DNA from: Trichoplax adhaerens
Taxonomy: Eukaryota; Animalia; Placozoa
Length of the DNA stretch: 64,000 nt
Reading direction: 5' to 3'
Assembly (NCBI RefSeq): GCF_000150275.1
Contig: NW_002060948.1
Span: 4,316,787-4,380,786 of the forward strand
Under the pieces are notes generated by a model. It saw only the letters and a list, made by a program, of their open reading frames with translations. It had not been told where the DNA came from and ran no database searches. Made by a program: the position numbers and the translations under genes. Shown piece after piece: positions 1 through 13,400 of this stretch; position 1 is the stretch's first letter, and each line of letters opens with the position of its first letter.

Positions 1-99
1 TTGCACTATCATTTATAGGCTTCGTAGAGCCGTCAGAGGTATTTAAAACTAAACATTTGCTAACCAATCGCTCTTAAGATCCGTTTTACAAAACTACTN

Positions 100-1995
100 T
101 GCACCATTTAAGAAAACAAAAATCATTCAAAGTTCAGACACAATTTACCCTACGATTCCCTTACAAAACACTATAAAAGTAATAAGCTAACTATAAAAAT
201 ACATCAAACTTCATTTCTAACATAATTTCTATCATTAATACACTATAAAAAGCTAAAAATCAACCTTTAAACATCAAGATTTAGTCATAAAAACAACATT
301 CTAACTATCTAACAATCAACACAACCTCTGCCAATTTCCATCTTATTTTCTATTTTCCTCACTAAATCTCCTAATGTGACTTCAAGTCACGTCATAAAAT
401 TCCAAAGTTTCAAATTCATAACAAAAAGTCCAAATCTCAAAAATCAACTCTTACGATATTTTTCATGAACAAAAATCCAAAAATTAAAACAGAAAGATTA
501 TAATTCAGACATAAATTAAAAATAAACCCGACCGGTTCCAAAACAGGAAAATTATATCGGACACAAACCCGACCGGTCCCAGAATCCGAAAACTATATCG
601 GACACAAATCCGGAAAAATTCGCTTTTTATGAAGATCACAGTAATCGCTTATCAAAAAAAATTTATATGACTACTACGACTACTTTTCTGACATTAGTAC
701 CGCTTAGTATTCGCGAGTATTGACAGTTGATGTTTTAGCGTCAGATTGTACTGTAACTGTACGAGTATAGACTACCTTACAGTACTTTATCGTCATGTTA
801 TAAATCCCCTTTCTCTAAGGATATGCGATTAGGGTTTTGCTACTAAGTCAAATTTCTTTACAATTTGAATAGACGATCAAACGCCCTTTCTTTAGATTAG
901 GCATTTGCTTTATAGGGCTACTTCTATAGTAATCTATATAATACCTTGTAAAATAATGAAGAAGAAAAGATGGCGACATGATGATTTGGCAGGGTAAAAC
1001 TTAAAGACACTATCACTTTCTAGGTATTTTGTATAGTAAAATAATACTAATTACATACTAAAAANNNNNNNNNNNNNNNNNNNNNNNNNNNNNNNNNNNN
1101 NNNNNNNNNNNNNNTTGTACCATTTAAGAAAATAAAAATCGTTCAAAGTTCAGACACAATTTACCCTACGATTCCCTTACAAAACTCTATAAAACCAAAC
1201 AAGTTAACTATAAAATACATCAAACTTCACTTCTAACATAATTTCTATTATAAATACACTATAATAGTCTAAAAATTAACCTTTAAACATCAAGATTTAG
1301 CCATAAAAATAACAGTCTAACTACTTAACAATCAACACAACCTCTGCCAATTTCCATCTTATTTTCTGTTTTCCTTACTAAATTTTCCTAATGTGACTTT
1401 CATGTCACGTCATAAAATTCCAAAGTTTCAAATTCATAACAAGAAGTTCAATTTTCAAAATTCAACTCTTACGATATTTTCCATGAACAAAAATCCAAAA
1501 ATTAAAACAGGAAAACTATATCGGACATAAATCCGACCGGTTCCGGAATCCGAATCCGAAAGATCCGGATTTTATAAAGATCACAGTAATCGCTATATCG
1601 CTTATCAAAAAATTTTATATGACTATCACGACTACTTTTCTGACATTTGTATCGCTGAGTATTGACAATTGATGTTTTAGCGTCAGATTGTACGGTAACT
1701 GTACGATTATAGACTACATTAGAGTACTTTACCGTCCAGTAATAAATCCCCTTTCTCTAAGGATAGGGTTTTGTTACTAAGTCAAATTCCTTTACAATTT
1801 GAATAGACGACCAAACGCCCTTTCTTTAGATTAGGCAATTGCTCTAGGGCTACTTCTATAGTTATCAATATAATACCTTGTAAAATAACGAAGAAGAAAA
1901 GATGGCGACATGATGATTTGGCAGGGTAAAGCTTAAAGACACTATCACTTTCTAGTTATTTTCTACAGTAAAATAATACTAGTTACATACTAAAC
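100..1995. repeat. Two diverged direct copies (~100-1064 and ~1115-1995) of a ~0.9-kb sequence flanking a 50-N assembly gap (1065-1114)
   Basis: Both copies begin (t)gYaccatttaagaaaaYaaaaatc and run colinearly to ...ttacatactaaa. An internal ~40-bp unit (aaaYccgaccggtYcc...ggaaaaYtatatcggacaY) is present in different copy numbers (~520-620 vs ~1510-1570). Confidence 0.85.
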
Positions 1996-2350
1996 GCTAT
2001 AAAGGACTGTACTTTTAGTCCTTTGCTACACTTGAATAGCATGCTATAATTATTGTAAAACAACTAAATTATTATAGTTTGATACACTGAAGTTAATAAT
2101 GTTTGTATTTAGTTTTAGTAAAGTAGAAAGCATAGATAAATAATATAAAGAAAAATGTACAAGTCATACAGACGATATACAGTGCCCGAAATAGAACGAG
2201 CCCGGGGTTATGTTAGATATTTATAATATTGAGGCTATTATCACAATAGCTTCAACCGTTTAACTAAGCAAAATTGCAGGCATTTGTAAAGGAGATTCCA
2301 TAAACTAGGTTAATTAAAAGCAAATCTAAATAGAACTTTGTTGTATTCTA

Positions 2351-2805
2351 TAGTAGTTTCAGCTAATTGCAGTAGTAATTAAAGTAGGGTAGCATTAAAA
2401 AGTAGGATAATCTACTGTACTTATAAGGTAATTTCATGATTACTGATGATGAAATGGGCGTACTTATACTATTTGTATGATGTGTGTATAAGACCGCAGT
2501 AGTTGGCTATATAAACTGATGTTTATGTGTAATACCTTTTAATAACCGTTAGATAATACGGAATTGCGCTGGTGGAAACCAAGTCGATTACTCAGTTTAT
2601 CTTAGCCATTTTCGACTGCTATTATGTGGGAAGAAAAGTGGATTCTTCTCTTGTCACGCGTTCTATTGATAGACAGACACTTTTAAGGTTAAACACGGTC
2701 TTCACCTGATCTTATGTCACGTTGAAGATTTGCTCAATTTTAATAATTCAGATTTTGAGTTAGACGACTGCAAACCTAAGGGGTTGTAAAACCCTAGCAC
2801 TACCA
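2351..2805 (+). mobile_element. Degenerate LTR-like interspersed repeat, family 2, copy 1
   Basis: Colinear similarity to 21503-21945 (ttcagctaatt...gtagcatta...cttataaggtaatttcatg...ggctatataa...aaggttaaacacgg...cctaaggggttg...gcacta). Ends resemble (T)GTAGTG...CACTAC(A); TATA-like ctatataa at ~2508. Confidence 0.6.
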
Positions 2806-3219
2806 GTTAATTTAAAAAAGAAATTGCAAACTTTTCGTAAACATAATCTCTGAACACAATCCTATCTGATCGATGACCGTATACCAAAATAGCGAAATTT
2901 ATAGTGTTACTATAAATGTTTAAGCGATTAAATCACCATTAATAACTATTGTAACAGCTGATATGGTGCTAATTATGTTATTAAATTAATGTTTACTTGA
3001 AAGATTGCCGTAATCTTTGCGTAACTTTTTTGTCCATTGCTGCAGTACTATTATAATTATTGCTTTAGACTTTCTGTATAATAAATCATACATATGCCAT
3101 CCGTTCAATAACGCGTAAATATATTTATGGCCATTACTGCCTATTACTAAATTTAGCAATTTGACTACAATTGCCGCATGGATATATCCCTTAACGCCTA
3201 CAGTTAAGATCTTTGCAGC

Positions 3220-4700
3220 TTATAATGATTTCTTCTTCCTATAATAAGCCTACTATAGCTAAACCAACCCAAACATCTATTGCGATTTTCCCGGTCACGC
3301 TACGATGCAAGACATGGTTTCAAAACAATAATTCTCCCGATCTATTGCACAACTGACAAAATTTTATAAGCTGTTACATTAATTATAAATTCTGAATTGA
3401 AAACGACTCCGTTAAATTAACTTAATTAGATTTTAAAATCGGGCTTTAATCATAAGTATTGTTGAAGAAACATTCGCCTTGTGTTTAGTTAAATTGTGAG
3501 TTTCATTGTTAATAACCGTACTGGTAATTTTATTTCAAAAAACATACTAGTAATTATTGGACTACATTAAATAACTCAATTTTTAGAACATTTAATACGC
3601 TTCACAATAACCGTTTGCTTGTGTTGTGCCTAGATAATATATGCAAACAAGTTTGGACGTCTACGAAGATTGAAGGTTTAAAGAATTAAGATTTGGAACA
3701 CAAGTGCTACTTTTGTGACAGTTTTCACTTGATTGTCAAATTTGTTAGGCCATACCAAACTTGAATAAATGGGAATAAGTATTTCAGTTATTGCTTCAGT
3801 AATTCTTATTGCAAAACTTAATTAGCTAAATCTATTCGGGTTAGCGCGCTTGCTTAAAGAACCTAACAGTTTCAACCAACAAAAATAGGAGTAGACAAGT
3901 TTTCCCATTGAACAACGAAAATCTTTAGTCAACTGTCCACGAATTCCTATTTGGAGTGCCATTAGTTGAGACGCTTGCGTAAGAGTATACAAGTTAAATG
4001 GATGTAGATTAGCAAAAGTGGAGTGATTGTACTATTCCGTGAGAAATGTAGACTTATAGGTTTTATATAACGTTTCAGTCCAAGTTGAAGCATAAGTACA
4101 TACAAATCGGTTTACATAATCTGTGCAAATTTCCCTATTCTAGCAAGAAATGAATTGGCATTTGTTAATCTCTGAACAAGTACTAGTAAAAAAGATATAA
4201 AATAGCAGGATATTAGCATGTAGAATTAATCTTTAACTACAACAGAACATACGTACAATCAAAATTAATGAATATTTTTGTATACACAAAATGTAAAAGG
4301 AATTAACATATGTTCATAAATCCGACTGGCATAACCGGCATAATAATTATATGGGTATCCTCCAGTAGGATAAATATAGATACCCTTCAGTAAGCAAATC
4401 TTATCCGATGCAAAAATGCTAGAGTTATCATATTATATAACTTGCAATTAAGAATCATCAATTTTCAATATTGATGATTGTATCCAACGAAAAAATTGCA
4501 GATGTTGCTATTAATTTCGTCAATGCAAGTAGCTCCATTTTGGCATTAGGATCCAATAAAATCATCGACATTAATTTCATAGCTTCCAGTGCAATCGGCA
4601 AAAGTATAACGAATAATTGGCAATCCCAGCCTAGTATTTGACTAGGAAGCACATTCATTAATAATATTAGTGTTGGTTTCACAGATAGTTCCTGTACATC
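3220..4700 (-). pseudogene. Heavily decayed fourth paralog of the EGF/FN3/TM cluster
   Basis: Minus-strand relics with stops: GCTGTICETNTNIINECAS* (~4700-4640); EINVDDFIGS*CQNGATCIDEINSNICNFFVGYNHQY* (~4580-4465); exon-like EINKCQFISC*NREICTDYVNRFVCTYASTWTETLYKT (4171-4058). Weaker FN3-like (TFANLHPFNLYTL, ~4020-3980) and TM/basic (VWVGLAIV..YYRKKKS, ~3280-3225) relics follow in the expected order. Confidence 0.7.
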
Positions 4701-5288
4701 CTAATAAGTATTGGTATGAAAATTATCCTTCGTAATATGGTAACATTATTTTATACTTACGTATGTCTAGAGTGACTATTTAGCGTAAAATTGTTGACAA
4801 TAAACAGCATCAAGAGTTAGAAAACAAAAGCTCTCAAATATTAATTTACTCTTGTTCTATCAAATTTGACAAGGGTAGTTAAACATAAATGTTAGCGGGC
4901 AGTACAGTTATATCTAGATACATCTAGTAGCCACTACCAATAAAGCATCTGCAGCTTTTCCTGAAGTGCTCCTATTAGTAGATAAAGGTAATAGTGACGT
5001 TTATTACTTACTTTAAAAGAATTACATGTAGATCGAAATAAATTAGAAGTAGTAAATAGATAAGAGGCTACTATCTATATGCATCTCTCGACTGAGTTAT
5101 AATTCTTTTCTTTTCAAATCAAATTATCCAATCTTGCTTTATTTATCTGTGCTGTTTACGTAATTTTCAAATAAATATCTTCTGGCCAACAGACATCTAT
5201 CCTCACACTACTCTATTAAAATCGGCTTAGAACTATTACCCAATATAAATCATTATACTTTTCATATTAGCTCATGTAACTCTAGGGT

Positions 5289-5840
5289 TGTGATATATAC
5301 CAATCACGAAATTCCAAATTTTAGAAAAATAAGGGCTTTATTGAATCTTATATAAAGATTAACTACACACAGCTCTACTCTAGCCGAATACTACTACTAA
5401 AGACTTCTACAACGAATTAACAGAATAATCTAAAGTTGCATGCTTTTTATACTTATCGTAGCATTCGCAGCTACAATCTGTATGGCAACCTTTTACCTTA
5501 TTTTACACATAGTAAAATTATTCTTAGTAACACTATTCTACTGCGGACCATCATTAATCCGATATGGATACGATTACAGTATTTACGTAGACATTATTCA
5601 CACCAGCCAAAGCACAATGAATTAACCATATCCTAGTATATGATTTACAGTTCTATTTTTACCTATAACCTGATTGGTAACTCAACACCTTACTGTATAT
5701 AGTCATCTGTACTCTAGCATAGAGTCTATACTACTACAGTCTATAGTTATGGCTACCAAACATCTCATAGGATAAATATCTACCGTACATTGTACAAAAC
5801 ATGACTAACAGTCTACAATCAAAATACTAGTTACATTATA
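5289..5840 (-). mobile_element. Solo LTR, family 1, copy 1 (552 bp, TSD AGGGT)
   Basis: Near-identical to 15547-16096 and 29581-30142. Flanked by AGGGT on both sides (5284-5288, 5841-5845). Ends TGTGAT...CATTATA, with the terminal CA mutated. Confidence 0.85.
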
Positions 5841-6599
5841 AGGGTATAAGAGTTACGTAGCATTATTTCAATGTACAAGTCATTACCCAATCAAAACTGA
5901 TCATTATGCAAGTATTAACATAATCTACCATCATTCTATTAGTAATTTTCATACTCAGACAATTTTCTACTACCACATATCAGCAGTGATTCTCTTATTT
6001 TTTCTACAAGTCTGATTCTAATTAATAAGTTAAGAAAATTATTGCCTCTATCTTAAATGTAGAATATTGTTACGAGCTAGGAATAGCCTTAACTTGCAAC
6101 AAGGATTGAGAGAGTAATTTCTATCCTACACTACTATTATTTGGAATACGAGTCAACTAGTTTTTCAAAGTAGGCAGGGTTTAATGATCCTACTAAATTT
6201 ACCATATCAGTATTAAAATGATCAATGCTTAATAATAGTTTAGCGGATGCATATTAAGCTATCCTACTAACACATTTCCTCTAACTTAGGAATTGTCTTT
6301 GAACCTTAAAAACTTCGGAGATGATAGATACAATCCAGTTTAACTGCTTGACAATTACTATTTTAGTCTATTTAATCCTAAATTAAGGCTATCAACTGTT
6401 AACTACTATAATTATAATTAAGCAGACCGTAAAACATTTCTGTGTTATAAACATATATAGAACATTGAAATAAAGTATACGTCATGAAGATTACTTTCGT
6501 GACAAATATTTATACTAGAAAACCATGCTCCTCATTTTCTTAAACAGAATTAGAGGTAGGGTGTGATTATTGCCTTGGGGTGAATTTATAAGTATATTT

Positions 6600-7090
6600 T
6601 TACTATATAATTACAAATCTCATTTTTTATTTACTTAAAAGAAAATATCATCATCCAATTTCTTATGTTATAGCTCTGAAGAATATATTCTGATACGCCA
6701 CATATATTTCCTTATATTTTTGCGGTATATTTACGAATCTCATTTGTTATCCATTAATAGTAGACATAATATCGAAAAAATGTCCTTTTAGGCTAGACTT
6801 GTTGCCCTTTCTAATAATAGAAATGAAAATCCCCTTTATTATTCATTATAGCAGCATCATTACGCAATTTTAAATGCTATAGCTTTACAGAATATGTCCG
6901 TCCTAATACATTTATTATCTTATTTCACTATAAAATTACAAGTCTCATTTATTGCGCATTAATAGCAGATATCACCATGCAAATTCTAGTTACTATTATA
7001 AGCTAATAATTAACTATTACAATATAAAACGATTAAATGTCTCTTGATATTATTTGCTTTTCACTTTAAATTGCAAGCTCTTGCATTTGA
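6600..7090. repeat. Diverged ~100-130 bp period tandem repeat
   Basis: A motif like actataWaattacaaRtctcatttW..cattaatag.agaYat recurs near 6601, 6725, 6816, 6926 and 7062. Confidence 0.45.
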
Positions 7091-7487
7091 ATTCACAAGG
7101 AACTCTGTGTACCTAGAATTTAACAGAAGATTTTGCGTACGCCTAACACGCATAAAGCAGGGATATATCGAGGCTGTATCACATAAAGTTTCCGTTCTAC
7201 TGAAGCTAACAACTCAATAGAAACCAGTAGCCAACAATCAATGCAACTATTGGATAAGATACGAATAGATAATCTTATAAATATTAAACTCGTATGAGGT
7301 AATCAGAACATATAGATCATTTATGAGGAACAATCTATACAAATTGAATAGTAATATATCACACGCGAAGGATTTGAATATCTTGACTTGTGTTTTCCAG
7401 ACATCATCGATTATTCGGTGAAAGAATCAATATTTCACATTCAAATATTTCCGCAATATCAGCCATGAAAGAAATCGATGTAAAGAG

Positions 7488-10400
7488 TTAGAACATAGAG
7501 CTTCGATCTAACTCAGCATACTTGCCATTATCATCGTGACTTGACTGCAAATGGATGACTCGCTTAACTTCGCCAGTTTCAGGCAAAGTTTGAAGATAGA
7601 CTTGGTTATTACGATTTGACTATGAATAAGTCAGTTATTAAGAGAGGGCATCATTATTTGCAGTCTTATCAACGAAAGACAATTTTAGCCAGTAATCGTT
7701 GGCAAAATATAAGCTAGCCATTTTGGTTATTTATGGTCTACCTGATTATCTTTTGCAGCGAATTTCAAAGTCTGATAGATATTTTCAGCTTCTGATTCTG
7801 TAAATATAATATTAAGTAAACGTGATATTGATGAAGATAATGATTTAATAGATGGCACTAAGAACCGTTTTAAGATATTGATTCATTCCACATGCAGTTA
7901 CTGTACATCTGCAGTCAGCTCTTTCCGCATCGATTTTTTAATTTATAAATTGCAAATTATATTCATTATGCAGCTTACCATGGATATAGTTTCCAGCTGA
8001 CCGATTTTGATTTTGTTCACTTCCATGCTCATTTTCATTTACTTGGTTACAAGGTGTACTTATTGGTAGACTAGGTGGATTATAACCAAATTGTAAAGCT
8101 TCGTAAACCATACTCGCTCTAGTTTCGTTGTCTAGATATGGGTGAGGACCTATTATTAGGTAATGCAAATGCTGATATAATTTAATTACCGCGCAGGAAG
8201 CTTTCATGATTATTCGAATTCTTTCACACCTGATACCGTTACTTATGATTTCATTAATTATCAATATTTAGTCTCTGTTGTGTTTTATATTTGCATCCTA
8301 GGATTACCTTCCTGTAAACTTCTGACTGGACTTACGGAAGCATACACATCATCAGCTGGAGAAGCGTTTAACGGATCAGAATTGCCATCTTGCACTGTTG
8401 CCGTTCCATTGACAGGCATACCATTATCTCTCTCATACGTTCGCATCGAAGATCCCGCATTGGCCATATCAGCCATATCAATATGTTCTATTCTATTTGT
8501 GGTATACAGTTCTAGATGCTAACAATTGTAAACCAAAAATTTAACACAGAAGGCTGCAGAATTTACATATTATTAATGAATCCTAAAACTCAAGTTTTAT
8601 CTAACAGCTATTGGAGTTCCAGGTCTTCGATTTGGGTATTCATCAGGATCATCATCATCTTCCGCTTTGAGTAACGATCAATTAAAAAATTAAAAATTAA
8701 TTTGCGGTCTATTATATTACGTGAGATTTGCAAGATTGCATTAAGTAACCATGAATCAGGTTTAATTATCACAATATACGGTATAATCAGTTTAATTTAC
8801 ATAACATCGGAGTTAATGTCATTGAACGGGCTGGTCGAGTCGGTTTATTATTGAAGCACCTTAAGGAATTTGGGTAGATAAATAAAGATAATTTTAGTTT
8901 GACATCAAAAGTGATTTTAAGTTTTAACTGCTAATTCTGGACGAATAATTCATATAAATATACATTTTGCTTCGTCTCTTGCAGAATAAAACGGCAATCA
9001 ATAATAGGATTATTACTAATAAGCCTCCACTACTAGCTCCGGCAATCATGGCGACTTGTGCCAGTACCGATACTGTCGGTTGTGGTCCTGATGTTGGAGA
9101 ATTGGCACATGTAGTTTCTATGTTAATTATAAATGTTAAATTCTTACTGTTGATCAATTAGTATTAGTAAGAGTTTTTCTTACTAAAGTCCTATATGTAA
9201 AAATAAAACAATTCTTATATTATTCCAAATTGATCTAAATCACAAAAAGCAATTCTAAATGACCGATAGAAAATGATTAAAAACCTATTTGCCCTTAAAA
9301 GATCTTCCCTAAATTCAAACCACCACTTTCGAAGTTACCCTCTTCAAAGTCGTAGGCAAAATGTTTAATTATTATTTGCCGCAACTTACCTATTACGTGC
9401 TTTACAGACTGACGGAATTCTTTATACTCATTCGTGGCTTTATTGACTTTTAATATTATTGAAACCTCGTAAGTTACGTTTATTCCAAGATGAAACAAGT
9501 TAATACTGTTGCGACCAGACTTTGGAATTGACGGTAATGTGTTCAGGTTCTGTTCGGTTAGTTTTCTGTACTGAACATGAAGATCAGCCGCTCTGTTATT
9601 TTGAAAGTTATTAATGTTCCATTCGACTTTAATCGTAGAGCAATTGAATTCAGTAATTGTTAAATTTGTGATTGATGTCGGCAGGATACTATTACCTATA
9701 ATGATGATGAATTGTTGTTACCGTCTTAACTATCAATAGCAAGTCAAGGTAGTGTAATGAATATTTTTGTTTATAGCTGCTGCTTAGGATTTACCACTTT
9801 TGTTAGTACAATTAATGCCTGTGTAGCCATTTGTGCAGTTACAGCTATATTTAAAATTCCGCACAAAATTACACTTTCCTCCATTCTTGCAAGGAGAAAC
9901 TCTACGGCATGGATTAGCATCTGCAACAGAAATGAGGACATAAAATCTATTAGCGACACGCTCACTCAATAATTAACTTAATATACTTTACTGCTATTGA
10001 TCAAATACTTAATGAATTACTAAAATTGTTTAAAAGAAAAAGTTGTTTAATTCTAATTATACTGCAGTTTATATACAGTTTATAGTACAAAAACTTTTTC
10101 AGACTAATTTCATTTATAATCATGGATTGCAAATTAACGACATCGACAAGAACTAATATATTTGCTATCAGCGCATCAGAAATCATTCGAACCCTCAGAT
10201 TCTGAGAGCGATCATTTATACCAAACAGCGTCTGGAACACTCATTACATTTACTGCTACGAAGGGCTTCACTTTATCATAACTTTGTTACAGAATTTTAC
10301 TTACCATCTGTGCAATTCTTGCCGGTATAACCCGATATACAATCGCATTTATATAAAAATCCTGCAATATCGTGGCAAGTAGCACCATTAGTGCAGGGCA

Positions 10401-13400
10401 ACCGTGAGCGACATATGGACTGAACTAAAATCGCAAATATCAAGCAGACATATTACCGAGACAATCATTAAGAAATATCAAAATTATCATGTCAGTAGCT
10501 AACCGCTAGAACATGTTTTGCCAGTGTAACCTGATGAACAGTTGCATCTGTATTCGTAGTTATTTAGGTAAATGCACGTTCCACCATTTTGACATGGTTG
10601 ACTTGAGCGACATAAATTAGCATCTAAATTAATAACATTTAAATCAGATGATTTTACGTGCAGAGTATTCACTTTGTTGCAGCAATGATTTCTATATGTA
10701 AACTATACTATCATAAACTATTTCTATCATACAGTTCTACTGAGTATTTATTTAAAATAAATGGTATAAATCAAGAAATAATAACTTAGGTGCGGATTGA
10801 TTTCGTTAAATTATAATTTCCAATTTCAACATGTACAACAATAACCATATATTATTTATAGTATGACCAGGCGATAGTTTATTTCGCTTTTAAATTATAA
10901 AATTTTGAATTATCAGGTATAAGCTTATTTCAAGCAGTATTTCATATAATATTCTCAAGTGAGATACGATAAAAGGTTATCAATCTTGCTTATTATATAG
11001 GTTCGCATGCCACTTGCTGGTTGATAGGATATTTGATAAGCACTTATTGAAAAATTTAAAAGCAATATAGCTGAGTAGGTTTACAAATAAGAATTTCTTG
11101 TTACCTATAGAACAATTTACGCCTACATAACCAGTCTGACAGGAACAGTTATATGAGTGATCTCCGTTGAAAACTTACGAGCCGCCATGTTTGCATGGTG
11201 AAATCGTTCGACATGGGTTAGTGTCTAAGATTGAGCAAACGACTTCGGTTATTAAGAATACAAGGGACTAGTAATAATAACAATTTCGATAGTATATAGT
11301 TCATCATTGAGGTTATTTAAGCACATTTTACGAATTTCCTTACTATGAGAACAATTTTGGCCGGTATAACCAGGTTTACAATTGCATCTATATCGGTATT
11401 CTTCGATATCATGGCAAGCGCCATCATTAGCACAGGGTGAGCTCGAACGACATACGAACTGGTCTGAATTATAAATATTATCTAGCTTTAATTGCTATAA
11501 TAAGCGAAAGTCTTCAATGCTATTTCTTTATTTACTGACCGATAGAGCAATTTTTGCCGGTGTAACCAGATACACAATTACATCTATATTCGTTGTCTTT
11601 TATGAAAACGCACGTTCCGTTATGATGACACGGTTTGAGTGTACGGCATAAATTAGTAACTAAATAAAATAGAAATTATTACTTTGAAAAGTTTCCAGTA
11701 ACAAGATAAAATATCCATGAATGCTTCCGACTGCACTAAGAATCGTCGTTGTAGTAGGATTATCATTAATCTTCAACATAAAATAACTGCGATTCTTATG
11801 ACAACCATAGTCGAAGGCCATGAGCTCTGATGGATAATTTTACTTCACCAAATAGCTCCAGATAACAAAGCATGGGTATTTGAATAGTATTAATATCAGA
11901 TTTATCTATTTAAGTGACTGAGCTATGATAAAACTACTCAAATTAGGTCATTAGGACTCAGCATGCTAATTTAGAGCTATACATTGTTAAATACTAACTA
12001 AAATTAAGATACTTCAAAATAGCAGGGAATCATGATTTAGCACTAAATATGCGCTCAATTGTAGTAAATCACACCATCCTAAATACTATTTATTTAATAT
12101 TATAGACAAACGTTAAATCCTAAGTAAAGAGAAAATCATTTCCCTAAGAGTAATAATTAAATTGTTTTATATTGGCGTCATACCGTCAGTACAATTCTGG
12201 CCGCCATAACCAGTAATACAATTGCAAGTATAATCATAGGGTTCTATAAATTCGCATGTTCCATTATTTTTGCAAGGAGAATTTTGCCTACAGACATTGG
12301 TGTCTTAATCATGGCGAGAAAATTTAATAATCATTATTTCAATACGGAATAAAGGAGAATAAAACAATATACCTTCTGAGCAGTTTTTTCCAGTATAACC
12401 GTTGCTGCAATTACAGCTATATGAAAACTCCGCTAAATATTGGCAGGTACCATTATTTTCGCAAGGATTGTGCTGACGGCATTGGTCAGCATCTATACAA
12501 GTGACGATAAAATTAGGTAGTTATTTCAATATTAAACATTAATCCAAGTAGCGACAATCAGTTTCTTCCATTAACTACTTAGCTTGATTAATGCAAAGCA
12601 AACACTACCATTTTTTGTCATCTATTGACTGCTGTAATTACTACCAAGGTTATCATAAATACATTTTATATTTAGTACCTATTTCACAACGGCTGCCAGT
12701 CCAACCGACCTTACATTGACAAATATAGCTGTTGTTTCCATTGATACAATCTATGGCCCCATCGGTACAAGGATTTGATTCGCACTCATTAATATCTGCC
12801 GATTAATAGTAGCAAAGCTGAGGCCAAAATCTTAATTATTGGGTAAAATTTTTTCTAGGTCGAAGAATGTACTTCGAGATTTGAATTACCTTCCGTACAA
12901 TTTGGACCAGTAAAGCCATAAACACACTGACAACGAAAATTAAAATCTCTAATATTGTGACAAATTCCGCCATTCTGACATGGCGAGATAACCCGGCATG
13001 CAAATGTATCTGATAAAATAAGCGTATATAATATTTTTCGTCAGTTGTTTTATAAGATAAGATAGAAATAAATAAAAATGCTACATATCACCTTCTGAGC
13101 AATTTGCGCCGGTATAGCCCGGCTGACAAGTGCAATTATAAGAGTAATGACCACTATATTCGCAAGTTCCGCCGTTTTCGCATGGATTAAATGAGTGGCA
13201 TATATTTGCCCCTAAAGATTTAAACCTAACAATTAATGAATTATTTGTGGCAATATTTACAGTGACAAGCTGATGAAGACTTCTTTTTTATGTCGTAATA
13301 AACATATACGAATATTTATTAAGTAATCAATTTACCAATTGTGATTGCAATCAACATTTAAATTAAATACAAATATTTATAGTACTGCTCAGCCTTAACG

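Noticed and set aside
2180-2220. Helitron 3' hairpin (gcccg...cgagc...gttag)
   Set aside because: The stem is imperfect, there is no CTRR end, and no 5' terminus could be identified.
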